19,641 nucleotides of DNA from Tubiluchus corallicola (Eukaryota; Animalia; Priapulida): the NCBI GenBank assembly GCA_030141605.1, contig JAQGDQ010000484.1:149335-168975 (forward strand). The letters are read 5' to 3'. Below are positions 1 through 11,242 of this stretch, one piece after another. A program made the position numbers and the translations under genes. Within the stretch, counting starts at the first letter, position 1. Each line of letters begins with the position of its first letter. A model generated the notes under the pieces. That model worked only from the letters and a program-made list of their open reading frames with translations, had not been told where the DNA came from and searched no databases.

Positions 1-15
1 GTTTTTTTCTGACAG

Positions 16-334
16 AATTGAAAATGAAAGAAGTCTTTTTATTAGCAATTCAGATTTAGAAAGCTTTTCGAGAAAGATTAACCAAACATTTGAGAATAAG
101 AGAAAATGACTTTGTGGCTCATTGACTGACTTAATTCGAGCAGGTTGTGTGTTTGCAAGACAGGACGTCTAAGTACACGGTGAGTATAAGATTTTATTGC
201 TTTAATGTAACACTAGAGTGTGAATTATAATATTCCCTGTATTAGATTGCTGAAAATGGCAATTTTCTTCGGAAATTTTAGGAGATGATTATATTAACCA
301 AACTCTTTACAGCGTAAGACTGTACTCTGCTTGA
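16..334 (+). pseudogene. 3' exons of an upstream degenerate spliced gene (unknown product)
   Basis: Acceptor TTTTTTTCTGACAG ending at 15, donor GTGAGT at 180, acceptor at 245. The frame IENERSLFISNSDLESFSRK... continues across the intron with three in-frame stops. Confidence 0.35.
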
Positions 335-363
335 ATAATGATAATGTCTCTTATTCTCTACAG

Positions 364-370
364 TATAAAT
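364..370 (+). promoter_or_regulatory. Candidate TATA box for polB
   Basis: TATAAAT ~70 bp upstream of CAAAATG at 439. The context is AT-rich, so support is weak. Confidence 0.35.
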
Positions 371-608
371 GAATAGGACGAATGCTACTTGGATAATATT
401 CTTTAAACGACTCTATTCTTTTTTCTTAGATTAACAAAATGTCCTCATCAAGGCCACCAACGACAACGACGGCGTCTAGGATGACAACAACTTCAACAAC
501 AACAACATCGTCATCGTCATCAGCGTCGACGCCAGTAACCTTCGCGCAACCTTCAAGAAGGGGAGTCATTTGGATGCTATCGTTTTAAAAAATCGTCGAC
601 TATGGCAG

Positions 609-725
609 GTATATATATATATATATATAATGAAGAAAACTTTACACAGTGTTTTTTTCTCATTGTTGACGATGCTAATGTCACACTCTTATGGGCATTG
701 CATAAAATAAATTTCCTTTTTACAG
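609..725 (+). other. Predicted spliceosomal intron 1 of polB (phase 2)
   Basis: CAG|GTATAT donor and TTCCTTTTTACAG acceptor. Joins the ATG-439 frame to the 739 ORF frame in register. Contains a (TA)n tract. Confidence 0.6.
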
Positions 726-989
726 AAAGCACTCTTCGGTGACGACTCCATCATCACCATCATCGTCATCGGTGTCATTGCCAACAACGACAACGACGAC
801 AACAACAACAACAACAACAACACCACCAACACCACCAGTGGCAACTATGCCGACAATAACGCCACCGCCAGCGTCGGCAGCACCACCACCGTCACCGGCG
901 ACAGCGACATCATCATCTGATGAAGAATCTATGAACCACTTGCCCCAATTGCGTCCACCAGGGGTGAGATCTTTCGTGCATCACGAAAG

Positions 990-1130
990 GTTAATAATCT
1001 CTTATATTAATGTTATTAAAGGAATTTACACTGTGCGCATTCGCTTCATGTTATTTTTATCGATGTTATTAAAGGAATTTGTGCGTATGCATATTATTTA
1101 CATCTAAAACATGCTCTTTTTTCTTTTCAG
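990..1130 (+). other. Predicted spliceosomal intron 2 of polB (phase 2)
   Basis: AAG|GTTAAT donor and CTTTTTTCTTTTCAG acceptor. Splicing gives in-frame ...VHHE-S-GYEFHLVDDAH and removes AT-rich non-coding-like sequence. Confidence 0.7.
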
Positions 1131-2426
1131 TGGATATGAATTCCACCTGGTGGATGATGCTCATAATGCAACGTTACAAGTATGGAGGTGTAGAACATCG
1201 GGTATAGATATAGAATGGATTTTGGATGATATTTCTGTTGCCATTGAAATGTTAGGTCAAACGCATTTAGAAAGCGGTTTTGCCACGCGCATACAACTAA
1301 CCGTAAATGCCACAATTGATCATCCCCTCCCCGTTGAAGAAGTAGAAAGAAAAAGAGATTCGTATTTCAATAGTGGATTTCATGATTTTTGGGACGAATG
1401 GTATAGCATGGCTAGAGCCATTTTAGTCGAAAATATCGAATCTTATTCGAAAAATGGCTCTGGTTATGTGATAAGTGATTTCCCATTTATTGAATTTCAA
1501 CTGGCGAAGTATGAACATCTCTCTACTGTTAAGGGTCATGGTGGATTTTGTAAATTACCAGCCGAATTATTAACCAAAAAAGCGCTGCTCATTATCTCCT
1601 CCGATCATGATGCTCTCTGTTTCAAATATGCCATTTTAAGGTCTTTATATGCTCATTTGTTATCGAAGCACAAAAACGCCTTAGCGACAATTATGATCAG
1701 TTTGCCCACCTTTTAAATTGGCAGCATATCGAATTTCCCACCAAAGCTTTTCAGAAATTTAATCCGGAGTATTGTTTAAACATTTTTATGTATTCTAACA
1801 GAGATGCTAAAAAACAAGCGTTTAAAATGCATTTATAATCCTCCGTGCAGAATAGTAGAAGGCAGAAAATTTATTAATCTTTTACTGTATAATCCACTCA
1901 AGTCCAGTCAAGCCGATTATACTCAATGTCATTATCTAACCATCACCAATTTCAATCGCCTGCTAAATAAACAGTGTGAGTCGCATAATTATTGCGAAAG
2001 ATGTATGCCCCCATTTTATAGAAATCGTATTACTCTTGAACAGCATAGGCGCATATGCTACACCATCGACGGGCACGTGCAAGAAAAATTACCGCCTCCA
2101 CACACCAAAGTAGGCTTTGAGAATATTCGCAAAGCCATGTCACCTAGTTACATCGCATATTGCGATTTCGAGGTCATACTCTTACCTAATGATGACCCAC
2201 TTTTGAAAACTAAGCATGAACCTTTTGCGGCGGGAATATATTTAGTGCTCGAAGAAACAATGTTGGTGAATCCCCTCCCCTGCGATTATAAGCAATTCAT
2301 TGGCGAAGATTGTACGCATCAATTAATGCTCTATCTATATGAATTGGCCCATTGAATTTGACATACGCTAAACAGCCACTATGTAGGAGTGCTCGCGATG
2401 AAGAAATTTTTCAAAATGCTACTCAT

Positions 2427-2526
2427 TGCGTCTACTGTAAAACGGTATTCACCGAAGCAGAAAAAATACGCGAACACTGTCACTTAACAGGTGTTTACCA
2501 TGGGGCGGCGTGTGTGTCGTGTAATG
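2427..2526 (+). other. Endonuclease VII-like (His-Me finger) domain within PolB
   Basis: CVYCKTVF....KIREHCHLTGVYHGAACVSCN fits the CxxC...DHCHxTGxxRGxxxxxCN pattern of this PolB group. Confidence 0.85.
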
Positions 2527-3323
2527 CTAAAATGAGAAGTTATACATAATTTTAGAAATTACGACTCCCATTTCATACTGCAACATGACATCATTAAAGA
2601 TTCTCGTATTAGCGTAATAGCACAGACCTCGGAAAAAAATACCTCACTCTTAGGTGGTCCTTTAAAGCAGAACAAAAACCCACGCATCAAAAAAGACCCG
2701 ATTTGATACAAGTAATGTTCATCGATTCTTTCTAACATCTCCAGTCCAGTCTATCCAATCTCGCGTCAAACTTAAACGAGCACAAAAACACAAATCTCAT
2801 GATGCTTGATTATCCTTTGCTTTCGAAATCCACAATTGATGACAAAGGAATTATGTGTTATGAATATGTTAATAATTCATCCGTGTTGGAAGAGAAACGT
2901 CTCCCCGCCATAGAGCATTTTTATAGCTCTTTGACGGGTGAAAGTGTATCGCAAACAGATTATGAATTACCGCAAACTGCATGGCGTGAATTTGGTTGTC
3001 GCAATCTGCGCGACTATTATCTTAGATATTTAGAATTAGATTGCAGATTATTGGCAGACGTGTTTTGCGATTATCGAAGAATGTGCTTGCATCATTTCGG
3101 ATTAGGTGCGATTCATTATTGCACCTTACCCTCGCTGACATGGGATGCTGCTTTTAAAACGTGCGATATTCGGGTAGACGCTATTTCTGATATAACCATG
3201 TTTGAAAAATTCGAAAGCAACATACGTGGTGGAAGCGTTTTCGTTAATGTTCACAAACTCGAAGCTAACTGCCCCAAATTGCCTGAAACCTATGATCCAT
3301 CTAAAGCGCTAACGTATCTTTTA

Positions 3324-3809
3324 CCAACTCAACTTTAGTCATCTCTTTAGACATCTCTTTAGAGGTCACAACTTCTAAGATAGAGATGAAGAAAAAGGTT
3401 AGCAAAAAAACCAGGTTGCTCTTCAGGAAGGCCCACTGAATGTGTGGAATGTGAGGTAAACCAGCAGTGGCCACATTTTCTCGATGTGTGGAATGATGTC
3501 ACATCGAGAAATGTGGCCACTGCTGGTTTACCTGATCAAACAGATGTCGCCGTAAATGCAACTGCTGCTCCCCACTTCACTTTTTTTAGGGGGGTGATTT
3601 TTGTTCCCACTCCCGACAGTCGAGGGGGGGGGGCGTGACCCGTCAACCAACCATCACTCCTAATCCTTAAATTGGTCACTTAACTAGCACGACAATAGAG
3701 CCACTTCACTTTTTAGGGGTGTTTCCGGATTTTCGCACTTTTTAGGGGTGTTTTTTTTCCCCACCCCCCCCCCCGGGCAGCCAAAGGGGGCGTGGGGAAA
3801 TCGGCCAGA
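3324..3809. other. Composite insertion replacing PolB motif A region
   Basis: 3349-3566 is an inverted copy of 9196-9413. 3571-3809 is a rearranged copy of the terminal-repeat segment (~16203-16432). PolB similarity stops at YDPSKALTYLL and resumes at ISKIHSVV. Confidence 0.9.
3454..3533. repeat. 80-nt near-perfect inverted repeat (34-bp stem, one bulge, 11-nt loop)
   Basis: AGGTAAACCAGCAGTGGCCACATTTTCTCGATGTG pairs with CACATCGAGAAATGTGGCCACTGCTGGTTTACCT. Confidence 0.9.
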
Positions 3810-5120
3810 ATTTCCAAAATTCATTCTGTTGTCTCATTTCGTCAGACATCAATTTTTCGTAGTTTTATTGCGGCTAACAGCTTAAAGAGACAAGAAGCTA
3901 AAAATGCTTTCGAAAAAGATCTTTTTAAGCTGTTCAATAACAGTTTATTTGGTAAAAGTATGGAAAACGTTCGCAAACGTTGCTCTTTAAAATTGGCCAC
4001 TAGTCAAAAAGCGTGCGAACAATTTTTGAGGCGACCGGACCACCAAGATTTTAACATTTTTAATAATACTGTGAGTGCTCACAGACTGCGCAAAACCAAT
4101 GTTCTCTTAGATAGGCCAATATATATAGGTCAGACCGTTCTTGACCTTTCTAAATTGATAATGTATCGCCTTCGCTACGAAACATTCAGTGATGACGAAA
4201 TGAAAATTTTATCTCCTGAAGCTGATGTGAAAATTGTCGGTTCGGACACGGATTCATTTTTTCTCCAAGTAAAAAATCTGAGTGTGCCCGAGATTTTAAT
4301 CCCCCATTTTCTACAGAAAGGAAACGTGATCGATACCTCGAATTATCCTAAAGATCACGTTTTTTATCGGGAGGAAAATCGGGCACGCTTAGGTTGTTTC
4401 AAAGATGAGTCACAAGGCTCGCTTCACCAACAATGGATTTTACTTAAGCCCAAATTATACAGCATGAAGAGCGTTGATTTTCGACAAAGCAAAAAGCGCG
4501 CCAAAGGTGTCGATAGGCGCACAATTTCAAAACAAATAACTCACGAAGATTTTGAGCGTGCCTTTACAGAGCAGGTGGAAATGACGCACGAGACAATTCG
4601 CTTCACATCGCAACGACATCACATATACACTAAACATTCTTCCAAAAGATCGCTATCTTTTTTTGATGATAAAAGATGCTGGCTGTCAAAAAATTTCAGC
4701 GTTCCATACGGGCATTATTTAGTAGACCAGACGAAACCTTTTGTTTCTAGTGTCGCTCCTCCCGTCGAAAATCGACCTTTTCACGGACCTCCTAACGTAA
4801 CTGTTGTCAATATCTGTGATGATGATGTTGATGTTGATGATGATGATGACGATGATGATAGTGATATTCTATGACAACAAATATGTTAGAGGGAGGGGCA
4901 CGGTCCGAACCGACTAAATATTGTATTTATGTAACAGTCTGTAGTCTGTTTGAAATTGTGAATTGAACACAATATATGAACATGTTTAATTGATAAATGC
5001 TATACCCCCATTATATGTGTAACAGTTTGTCTGTTGCAATCCCACCTCCTCCATTCTATACCTAATACATCATTGTATGAAGCCACTATATGATGTTTTA
5101 AAGTATTGTTGTTAGTAAAT

Positions 5121-5369
5121 GATGTTAAATATAGTATGCAATCATTCCCATGTTGGTGATGCTGTTAAATATAGTATGCAATCATTCCCATGTTGCTGAT
5201 GCTGTTAAATATACTGTTAAGTGACAGTGTTCACGTATTTTTTCTGCTTCGGTGAATACCGTTTTACAGTAGACGCATCATTCCCATGTTGGTGATGCTG
5301 TTAAATATAGTATGCAATCATTCCCATGTTGGTGATGCTGTTAAATATAGTATGCAACCATTCCCATGT
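5121..5369. repeat. 40-bp tandem repeat in two blocks (polB 3' region)
   Basis: Unit GCTGTTAAATATAGTATGCAATCATTCCCATGTTGGTGAT at 5121-5213 and ~5277-5369. Confidence 0.9.
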
Positions 5370-5467
5370 CATAAAAAGACTGTATTGTTGTTAAGAGTGT
5401 ATTGTTGTTACTTATGATGTTTTAAAGTATTTTTTAATAAGTTGTTTTAAAAAGTGTTGTTGTTGCT

Positions 5468-5473
5468 AATAAA
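5468..5473 (+). terminator. Candidate polyadenylation signal for polB
   Basis: AATAAA followed by GT/T-rich sequence, ~600 bp after the polB stop codon. Confidence 0.3.
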
Positions 5474-5559
5474 GTGTTTTAAAAATAATTTTTATTCTTT
5501 CACATGGCTTTATATATTTAATTTTTATTTTTCGCAAATGCACCAAGCTTAAAAAGAAA

Positions 5560-5824
5560 TTAACATTAAAAATGAGTGTAATCTAAAATTTTTATTTTTC
5601 CACTAATGTATTATAATACGCTTACAAAATACATTCAATGATCAGCTATCGCCGTCATGCATTACAGAACAACATAGGAGCGTTATATTTCCCTGGTAAG
5701 TATTTAACATTAAAAAAAAAAAAATGTAATCTAAAATTTTTATTTTTCCACTAATGTATTATAATACGCATACAAAAACACATTCAATGAACAGGTAGTG
5801 CCATCTTGCATTACAGAACAACAC
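5560..5824. repeat. Diverged ~144-bp tandem duplication
   Basis: TTAACATTAAAAA..TGTAATCTAAAATTTTT..CCACTAATGTATTATAATACGC..GCATTACAGAACAACA starts at both 5560 and 5704. Confidence 0.85.
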
Positions 5825-5870
5825 TTTCAATGAATAGATAGCACAGTCATGCATTAATTTCACTGGAAAT

Positions 5871-6103
5871 AGGTGTCGTTAATTTTCCAATGAAAGCTTT
5901 AGCCATATAAATTGTTCAAACGTTGGTGTGCTGTGCGCTAGCGTCATCTACCAGTGAATGCATGGTTAGTTCGCATAATGGCACTACAAACAAATTCTTC
6001 AGACTGTAATAAACATTGCACGCCCAGGTGTCATTAATTTCCAATGAAAGCTTTAGCCATATAAATTGTTCAAACGTTGATAAGCTGTACGCTAGCGTCA
6101 TCT
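5871..6103. repeat. ~78-bp direct repeat, 155 bp apart
   Basis: AGGTGTC.TTAATTT.CCAATGAAAGCTTTAGCCATATAAATTGTTCAAACGTTG..GCTAGCGTCATCT at 5871 and 6026. Confidence 0.85.
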
Positions 6104-7185
6104 GGCAATGCTCACTGACAATAAGGAAGTGAATGTTTGGCTAGCCCTCATAATGACGCCACCTGTTCACACACACATTCCAGTGAAATATAATGCTCCT
6201 TTGTTGTTTTGTATTTCAAACTAAAAAACTAGTGTGACTTCGAGTCTAGCTCAAACAAACAGTGTTCCTCTGCAGTTTTTAACCTGTGCTGAATTAAGAG
6301 CAACAACAATAAAATAATAAAATGTATTTTCAAGCTTTTCGAATTTATGGCTGCATAAACACAGATCGCTTTGTTGTCACAAACACCATGTTAATAAAAT
6401 GCGTCACTGTAGAAAAATAAAAGACGTAATTACTAGATTAGTAAATGCTGTGTAGAATAAACACGAAAGACCTTTCATTGTCTTCTGACTTAGTTCAGAA
6501 GTAAGTCTCTATTAAGTGCCTCTCCCATGGTCGCCTGTTATAGCTTAATGTGGTACACACACACCATTTGTTAACTATAGTACACTTTATACTCAGAATA
6601 TAAGACAATAATAAATGAGGCATAAACAGGCTAAAGGTACTGTAAATTAAATTTTCACATTTTGTCAAGTTGCCCCAATATGGTCCTCGAACCCACTGCT
6701 GCGTCACTGACAGTTTTCTACAACCAAACGAGTCTTTATTCTTTTCATAAAAATTTCTTCAATGGTACAATACGTTACCGAAACGTCGCAAAATAAGTTA
6801 AAATTACTTTTTGTTTTATTAGGTGGTAACACGTATAGTTATGTACACAATGGGCTTAGCCTTTTGGGCCCTATTAATATTCCCGAAAAGCCACAATACA
6901 TGCATTATAGCCTTTTTCAGTCTTTTACACTTTTACTTTTTGAATATTGTTATCATAGTTGCGTGACAGCATGTGCATATTTATTTTATGTAGAACATTT
7001 TCACTTGACGATTTTGTATTTTGGTCTATACGTCGGCATACTGACGTCCAAATAAGTGTTTTTGATCTCAATGAAAAAGAATACGAGGTTTCCCCAGTAC
7101 ACGTATCTACATCATCACCTCTTAGTTACTTTCTTTGAATAGGTGAGAAGTGACTTCTTTATTCTTGATTTTTATCATGACAGGT

Positions 7186-7340
7186 ACAATGAGACTCGAA
7201 TATAATTTCGTAAATTTCCTGTTTATTTGCATTTTCTTATTTAAACAACTTAGTTGTTGGTGCCACAATGAGACTCGAATATAATTTCATAAATTTCCTG
7301 TTTATTTACATTTTCTTATTTAAACAACTTAGTTGTTGGT
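7186..7340. repeat. 79-bp tandem duplication
   Basis: ACAATGAGACTCGAATATAATTTC..ACTTAGTTGTTGGT at 7186 and 7265, near identical. Confidence 0.9.
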
Positions 7341-7765
7341 AATTACAGGAAGCTGAGTAAGATGCACTACATTGTAGTCATCAATGACTTCATTTCCTCG
7401 CTGGAAAAGGTCGTTTCTCTATGCTTCTACAAGGTTTATTATTATTATGTCTATACTGATATGCCTATACTGGTGTGTTGTTAAAAGGGAATAATTTATT
7501 TTTATTGTAGTAATAATAATTATAGCTCTTAAAACACCGGTCTCGGGAGCGTTAGCGAAAGCATTGTTTTGTAGTGCCACCTATAGGAGAAAAATAAATT
7601 AGCTGAGTGTAAATAATTTTATGTAGTTGATTATACATTAAAGATCAACACAATTTTACCACAAGATGTTATTTATTTTTTCATTATTTACATCAAATTT
7701 TGTACACAAATTTTGTACACAAAAATCTCTCATCAATTTATGGGAATTCTAGTAAACTAACCAAC

Positions 7766-8298
7766 ATGACTGATTATGTAAAAGGCATTTGTGACGTCGC
7801 TACACTGAGTACAAATAATTTCAAAGTTCACATGTCGTATAATTATAGTACATAAAACAATATAGTTTCTCTGCAAGCAAAATATCTTTGCGGCAACAAT
7901 ACATACACAAATGCACTTAATTATCACAAAATATATCTTAAAGCAGCATTTAAAATTCATCTATAAAATCCCAACAACGAGGTGGAAAAACTACTCCTTT
8001 TGCTCAATACGTTAACAGAGGTAGTGGTGGTTAACCTTACAAACTGTAGCTTGAGTGAGCTGTCACACAGTTCCATTCCATACATTCTAAGACTGAGACA
8101 ACTTATTCTCAGGAACAATATCCTATCAACTTTTGATCCAAAGTTTGTAAATCGATAAACCAAAGTATCACTAGCTAACATGCTTAAATGTTAAACATCA
8201 CAAATTGATACAGATAGCATAAGCAGAATGAATTTAAATTCTTTAACGTAATTAAAGTGTCATTAAAGCGAAAACTGTTACTTATGCAAAAGCGCTTG
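7766..8298 (+). pseudogene. Leucine-rich-repeat protein pseudogene
   Basis: One frame from ATG 7766 with scattered stops reads ...LLNTLTEVVVVNLTNCSLSELSHSSIPYILRLRQLILRNNILSTFDPKF. This gives two consecutive 24-aa LxxLxLxx(N/C)xL units. Confidence 0.55.
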
Positions 8299-8958
8299 AA
8301 CAGAGAGTAATTCATTTACAGTCCAAAGTATTTTTTGAGATCAAAGATAAATGAGTGCAGTTTAAAGAATTGAAAACTTTTGGGGTGTCTGGTTGTTGGT
8401 GTATAAAAATTAATTTTTTTGCAAACAATTTATGTATAGCCTTGCTAAGGTGTAATGTCCTCAAGTCAAGTCAACTATCCCTTGAAAGTTTCTGTTTTTT
8501 TCCTACTATCGCAGTCTGTTATTCAAAAGTTGTTTACCAAAATGCTCGGTTTTAATGGGTGTCAGGTTATGCATGAGCACACATGGTTCAATGGTAAACG
8601 TATTAGATTTTAATGCTTTAAATTTCATGTATTATCTGTATATTGGAATATAGGTTTTAGGAGTGATCACGGAATTCCAAAAAAGTAAAAAACATGAGTG
8701 TATTAGTTTGTCATGCTTTAATTCAAACGAGGAAAAAAAGCAAAAAGACATGATTTGCAGATTTAAAACTTAAAAAGTGTCTGAAAATAAATGTGACGAA
8801 CATCATACTTAATTTTATACACTAAGTGTGGTCAGAAAATACTTAATTGTACAATATTAAGTCACCTCATAATTACTGATTTTTGACGCAAATAAAAAAA
8901 TTACTATCTTAATATTAATAGTGGATGTCACACCTTACAAATCACATAGAAAAGTGAA

Positions 8959-9318
8959 TTATGATTTTGGTGACTCGTGTTTAACAGCATTTGCTGAATC
9001 ACTTTCTGCTACATAACCTAAATTATCTACTCCAGCACTGCTTTCTTGGTGCACAGTAACCTCTGCATCCAAAGTATGGGCGTCATGCTGCATGTTATCT
9101 TCCAAGACAAGTGATGCAGTCATTGAGTGAGGTTGTACATCAATATCGATACTTTCATTTATAAGATTCCCAGGAGCAGCAATTGATACTGTGTTAGCAG
9201 TTGCATTTACGGCGTCATCTGTTTGATCAGGTAAACCAACACTGTCCGCATTTCTCGATATGACATCATTCCACACATCGAGAAAATGTGGACACTGGTG
9301 GTTTACCTCACATTCCAC
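8959..9318 (-). CDS. Acidic 119-aa open frame of unknown function, possibly a frameshifted continuation of the spliced gene
   Basis: Protein-like composition and higher GC than the flanks. No ATG start. It lies +1 relative to the upstream exon frame across an A7 run. Confidence 0.35.
   Translation of the reverse strand: MECEVNHQCPHFLDVWNDVISRNADSVGLPDQTDDAVNATANTVSIAAPGNLINESIDIDVQPHSMTASLVLEDNMQHDAHTLDAEVTVHQESSAGVDNLGYVAESDSANAVKHESPKS
9229..9308. repeat. Imperfect version of the 80-nt hairpin
   Basis: Same arms as 3454-3533 but with four non-Watson-Crick positions plus the bulge. Confidence 0.8.
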
Positions 9319-9322
9319 ACAT

Positions 9323-9889
9323 TCAGTGGGCCTTCTTGAAGAGCAACCTGGTTTTTTTGCTAACCTTTTTCTTCATCTCTATCTTAGAAGTTGTAACCTC
9401 TAAAGAGATGTCTGATTCTAGACTACTAGCAGCTTTGTTATCTACAAAAAACAAATAATTTATAAAAAACTTTTTAACACATAATAATGACAGCGATCAG
9501 ATGATGTAAACTGCTTAAAAATATTTAATGCAAAATCTTCATTTGAAGCACAAATTTTCTACATCGCATACTTTTGAATCAATAACGCCACTAAGTCTTA
9601 ACTAACTAGTTTGTTGGTGAAACTTAACTAAGGTCGTTATAAATTTTATTTTTCCATAAGCATGTCTTAGGCCTGTGCTTTACCAAAATAATCTGATGGT
9701 ATTGAAAATAAAAGCTGCATGTGGGTAACCAATATATATATATAGTACAATATATACAGTATTGTTAATAGGACTTTCTGGTGTAACAAAACAACATTTT
9801 TTATAGAAACACAAGTACACAAATTACAAACCTTTAGGAACCTCTTTGGTTTCTTTATTTTTGTCTAGTGTAACCAATGATGATGACAT
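9323..9889 (-). CDS. Putative small spliced gene (58 aa, Ser/Lys-rich, basic C-terminus); coding exons 9889-9832 and 9441-9323
   Basis: Phase-1 donor AAAG|GTTTGT (9831) and acceptor TTTTTTGTAG (9442) give MSSSLVTLDKNKETKEVPKDNKAASSLESDISLEVTTSKIEMKKKVSKKTRLLFKKAH. Further exon-like pieces lie up to ~10280. Confidence 0.4.
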
Positions 9890-10547
9890 GGTCCGATCTT
9901 TGCTCCACTTTTTATCTAACAGAACAATAATAACTAATATTAGTTAAAATAATGTGCATAAAATTATCTTTCTAACTATACTTTACAACAAAGTAAGCTT
10001 AAAAGTCTAGCACGCTGGAAAAATATCAATAAATTGTCTTTGATGAGAAAATTGCTCAGCATCTCAGAGTCAAACTCGACTACACGAGCACTAAAACAAA
10101 CAATAATAATGCACGTTATAACTAAATAGTTAAATTGATATTACTTGTGAAAGCATTTCATTCCCACGTTAGAAGCAGTGTTTGTCAACTAAAGTCATAT
10201 TTGCATTATACCTAAAGTGTCAATTCTTAAAGTCTCTAGGTTCAGAAGCAGTGTTTGCAGTTGCTCTGTACTCAGATAAAAACTTTAATAATCAGATAAT
10301 GTAATAAGGCTAACTGTAATAACTTCTTGTATGTACCTTTTGCTTTCTTTGTAATAATACTAACAGATTACTACACCCGCTAATGTGGATAAGAGCAGCC
10401 CACAAAAATGCCTCACCATCATCATCCATGACGTCGTCGTTGTCGTCGTCATCATCGTCGTCGTCGTCCTCGTCGTCATCGTTGTCGACGTCGTTGCCGT
10501 CGTCGTCATCGTCGTCGTCGCGGGCACCATTTTGATGCTACTTGGTG

Positions 10548-11209
10548 TTATGCGGAGTGACTCACTAAAGCCGCCATTGTGCGGAACTGCATGTTGCATT
10601 GAGCACACAAAAACGGTCCGTTACCACGACAGCCGCCATTTTGCTGCTGCTGCTGTTGTGTGGTGTGGCACTCTAGCATCCCCAATGTGTGGAACATCGA
10701 GCTACATTGTCCACACAAAAGCGTCACAGCAGCATCAGCGACATTTTGTTGCTGATGCTGTTGTAAGGCGTGCTTCTCTAAAGCCTCCTTTGTGTGGAAG
10801 GCTATGTCGCATCGACCACACAAAAACGGCCCCTCGTCATCGCAGCCACCATTTTTGTACTGCTGCTGCTGTTGTGTGACATGGCACTCTAAACCCGCCA
10901 ATGTGTAGAACGCCATGCCACATTGGCAACACAAAAACGACACAACAGTATCATACAACACAACAGTATCATCGTCACCATCTTGAGCATCATTTTGTTG
11001 CTGCTGCTGGTGTGTGATGTGCCTCACTAAATCCGCCAATGTGCGGAATACCAAACCACATCGGTCACACGAAAACGGCCCGTCCTCGTCACAGCAGCCA
11101 TTTTGTTGCTGCCACTGTTGTCGTGTGGCGTGCCACTCTAACGCCGTCAATGTGTGGAACCCCATACCGCATTGCCCACACAAAAACGGTACAACAGCAG
11201 CGGCAGCAA

Positions 11210-11242
<33 letters not shown>

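Larger units (their letters stand above)
439..4874 (+). pseudogene. polB: Protein-primed family B DNA polymerase (Polinton/Maverick/adintovirus type) with endonuclease VII-like insert; spliced; disrupted by stops, frameshifts and an insertion
   Basis: Motifs occur in the expected order across ORF pieces: N-terminal ESYSKNGSGY and LPAELLTKKALL..D..CFKYAI; ExoI YCDFE (~2158); ExoII HNFRNYDSHF (~2545); FIDSF; KGIMCYEY..LP..FYSSL; ExoIII YLELDCRLLADVF (~3027); IRGG..YDPSK; motif B KLFNNSLFGKSMEN (~3927); motif C GSDTDSF (~4239); GCFKDE, LKPKLYS, KRAKGV, DDKR..PYGHY. Lesions: stops at 586, 2353 and ~2733; frameshifts near 1680-1800, ~2540 and ~2640; motif A missing. Confidence 0.93.

Noticed and set aside
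964-969. GTGAGA as donor of polB intron 2
   Set aside because: Phase 0 does not match the acceptor at 1130, whereas the donor at 990 keeps the frame.
3444-3638. 64-aa ORF as a gene
   Set aside because: Chimeric frame spanning two unrelated pieces of the insertion.
3792-3809. GTG start of a standalone 360-aa polymerase
   Set aside because: The start lies in the inserted repeat, and the product would lack motif A and the exonuclease domain.
5121-5369. CRISPR-like repeat array
   Set aside because: Units are directly adjacent without unique spacers, no cas genes are present, and the context is eukaryotic.
9345-9362. Programmed -1 frameshift at the A7-C run upstream of the hairpin
   Set aside because: Reaching the long frame needs +1, the -1 frame stops quickly, and the hairpin is ~40 nt away, too far for a typical stimulator.
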